A stretch of DNA of 64,000 bases from Candidatus Thiovulum imperiosus (GTDB taxonomy: Bacteria > Campylobacterota > Campylobacteria > Campylobacterales > Thiovulaceae). Below the pieces are notes generated by a model. It was not told the DNA's origin. It did no database searches and was given only the letters and a program-made list of their open reading frames with translations. Shown one piece after another: positions 63,225-64,000 of the stretch (position 1 is the first letter of the stretch; every line of letters begins with the position of its first letter). The translations under genes and the position numbers were made by a program. The stretch covers positions 23,104 to 87,103 of the forward strand of contig JAMJTW010000005.1 in assembly GCA_024281175.1 (NCBI GenBank), given 5' to 3'.

Positions 63225-64000
63225 TATTTTACTTTTAGCAAATCTTCTAATTTTATAACTTTATCTTTCCAACCACTCATTACAATTGCAGGTGAATGAG
63301 TAACTATGAAAAGCTGAAGATCGTCATGGAGAGAGATAAGTTTTTTAATTAAATTTTTTTGCCATTCAACATGCATAGAGATTTCAGGTTCATCTAAAAG
63401 CAATATAAGAGGTCTATTGATATTTAGGACAAGAGTCAGGAAAATTACAAGTAGTTGTTTTTCACCAGATGAAAGTTGATGAGGTTCTATATATCTTTGA
63501 TTTTCTACTTTGAAAACTATACTATTATCTTCATCAAAATCCAATCTCTTATTTTGGAAGAAATATTCAATAGTTTCTATAAATCTCTTTTTCTTATCTT
63601 CAATCTCTTCCTGTTTTTCCTGTTTTTGAAGTAGAAAATCTCTAATTTGTTCATTCTCTACATCTTTTAATTTTTCATCAAATTCTCTATTTAGTTTATC
63701 TATCTCTTTTTTAAGAGTGAGGTGATACGACTTAAATTGAGTGATTAAACCATATAAAATTTCATCTAGTTCAGTTTTGATTTTTGAGTTTTTCATAAAA
63801 CTTGGAACACTATCTTGCTGTTCCAAGTCAAAAGTGCTGATTTTAATAGTTTTGTTGAATAGGTTCTGTTCTTCTATATTTCTATTTTCACCTATTCTAT
63901 TTTTTGCAATATCATCTCTTAAACTATCTAAAAGTTTTAAAACCTCATCAATATTTTCTAAGTTAGTTTCTATCTTATTAGGCTTAGCTACTCTTGTTGT
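63224..64000 (-). CDS. ABC/AAA_21-type ATPase with coiled-coil insert (AriA-like), 5' end outside window
   Basis: I translated by hand upstream of the track's TTG at 63826, and the frame stays open to base 64000. The C-terminus has the ABC signature LSSGEKQLL, Walker B LLLDEPEISMH and H-loop VTHSP. Confidence 0.65.
   Translation of the reverse strand, partial: TTRVAKPNKIETNLENIDEVLKLLDSLRDDIAKNRIGENRNIEEQNLFNKTIKISTFDLEQQDSVPSFMKNSKIKTELDEILYGLITQFKSYHLTLKKEIDKLNREFDEKLKDVENEQIRDFLLQKQEKQEEIEDKKKRFIETIEYFFQNKRLDFDEDNSIVFKVENQRYIEPHQLSSGEKQLLVIFLTLVLNINRPLILLLDEPEISMHVEWQKNLIKKLISLHDDLQLFIVTHSPAIVMSGWKDKVIKLEDLLKVK

Overview
The window is visibly AT-rich and looks like a Campylobacterota (epsilonproteobacterial) chromosome. 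The cues are a cbpA-hspR operon, a Peb4-like PPIase next to fba, a split PAS/MCP energy-taxis pair, and frequent TTG/GTG starts with overlapping genes. Housekeeping blocks are pyrG', luxS, tRNA-Asn, cbpA-hspR, lolA, ugd-cysQ-cysC-cysD-cysN, hemA, ispB-like, fba, pheS, aspS, and a TolC/porin block. Three accessory regions interrupt them. (1) About 15.9-23.5 kb: phage-derived AntA/KilA-N/KilAC antirepressor genes (one bounded by direct repeats, two in a tandem HTH+KilA duplication), an Ig-repeat lipoprotein and a pentapeptide-repeat protein. (2) About 28.6-37.3 kb, at the window centre between pheS and aspS: a tightly coupled four-gene operon. It encodes two leucine-rich-repeat proteins fused to AIG2/GGACT-like gamma-glutamyl-cyclotransferase domains and two proteins I cannot place. 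A caspase(C14)-DUF1566 lipoprotein is transcribed divergently, followed by a cluster of GC-richer miniature repeats, an orphan BrnA-like antitoxin and a KilAC gene fragment. I consider this operon the best candidate for an undescribed sensor-effector (conflict or host-interaction) system. (3) About 46.5-64 kb: a second pentapeptide paralog, then a surface-polysaccharide locus (rfbBACD, flippase, polymerase-like, GT4, GT2, deacetylase). That locus also carries a sulfotransferase, a decayed second sulfotransferase and a DUF2061-APS-kinase fusion, which suggests a sulfated glycan. It also holds a MazF/PemK-like TA pair, and an ABC-ATPase + DUF4435 pair resembling PARIS (AriA/AriB) runs off the right edge. 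All functional calls come from reading motifs in the supplied translations. No database search was possible.
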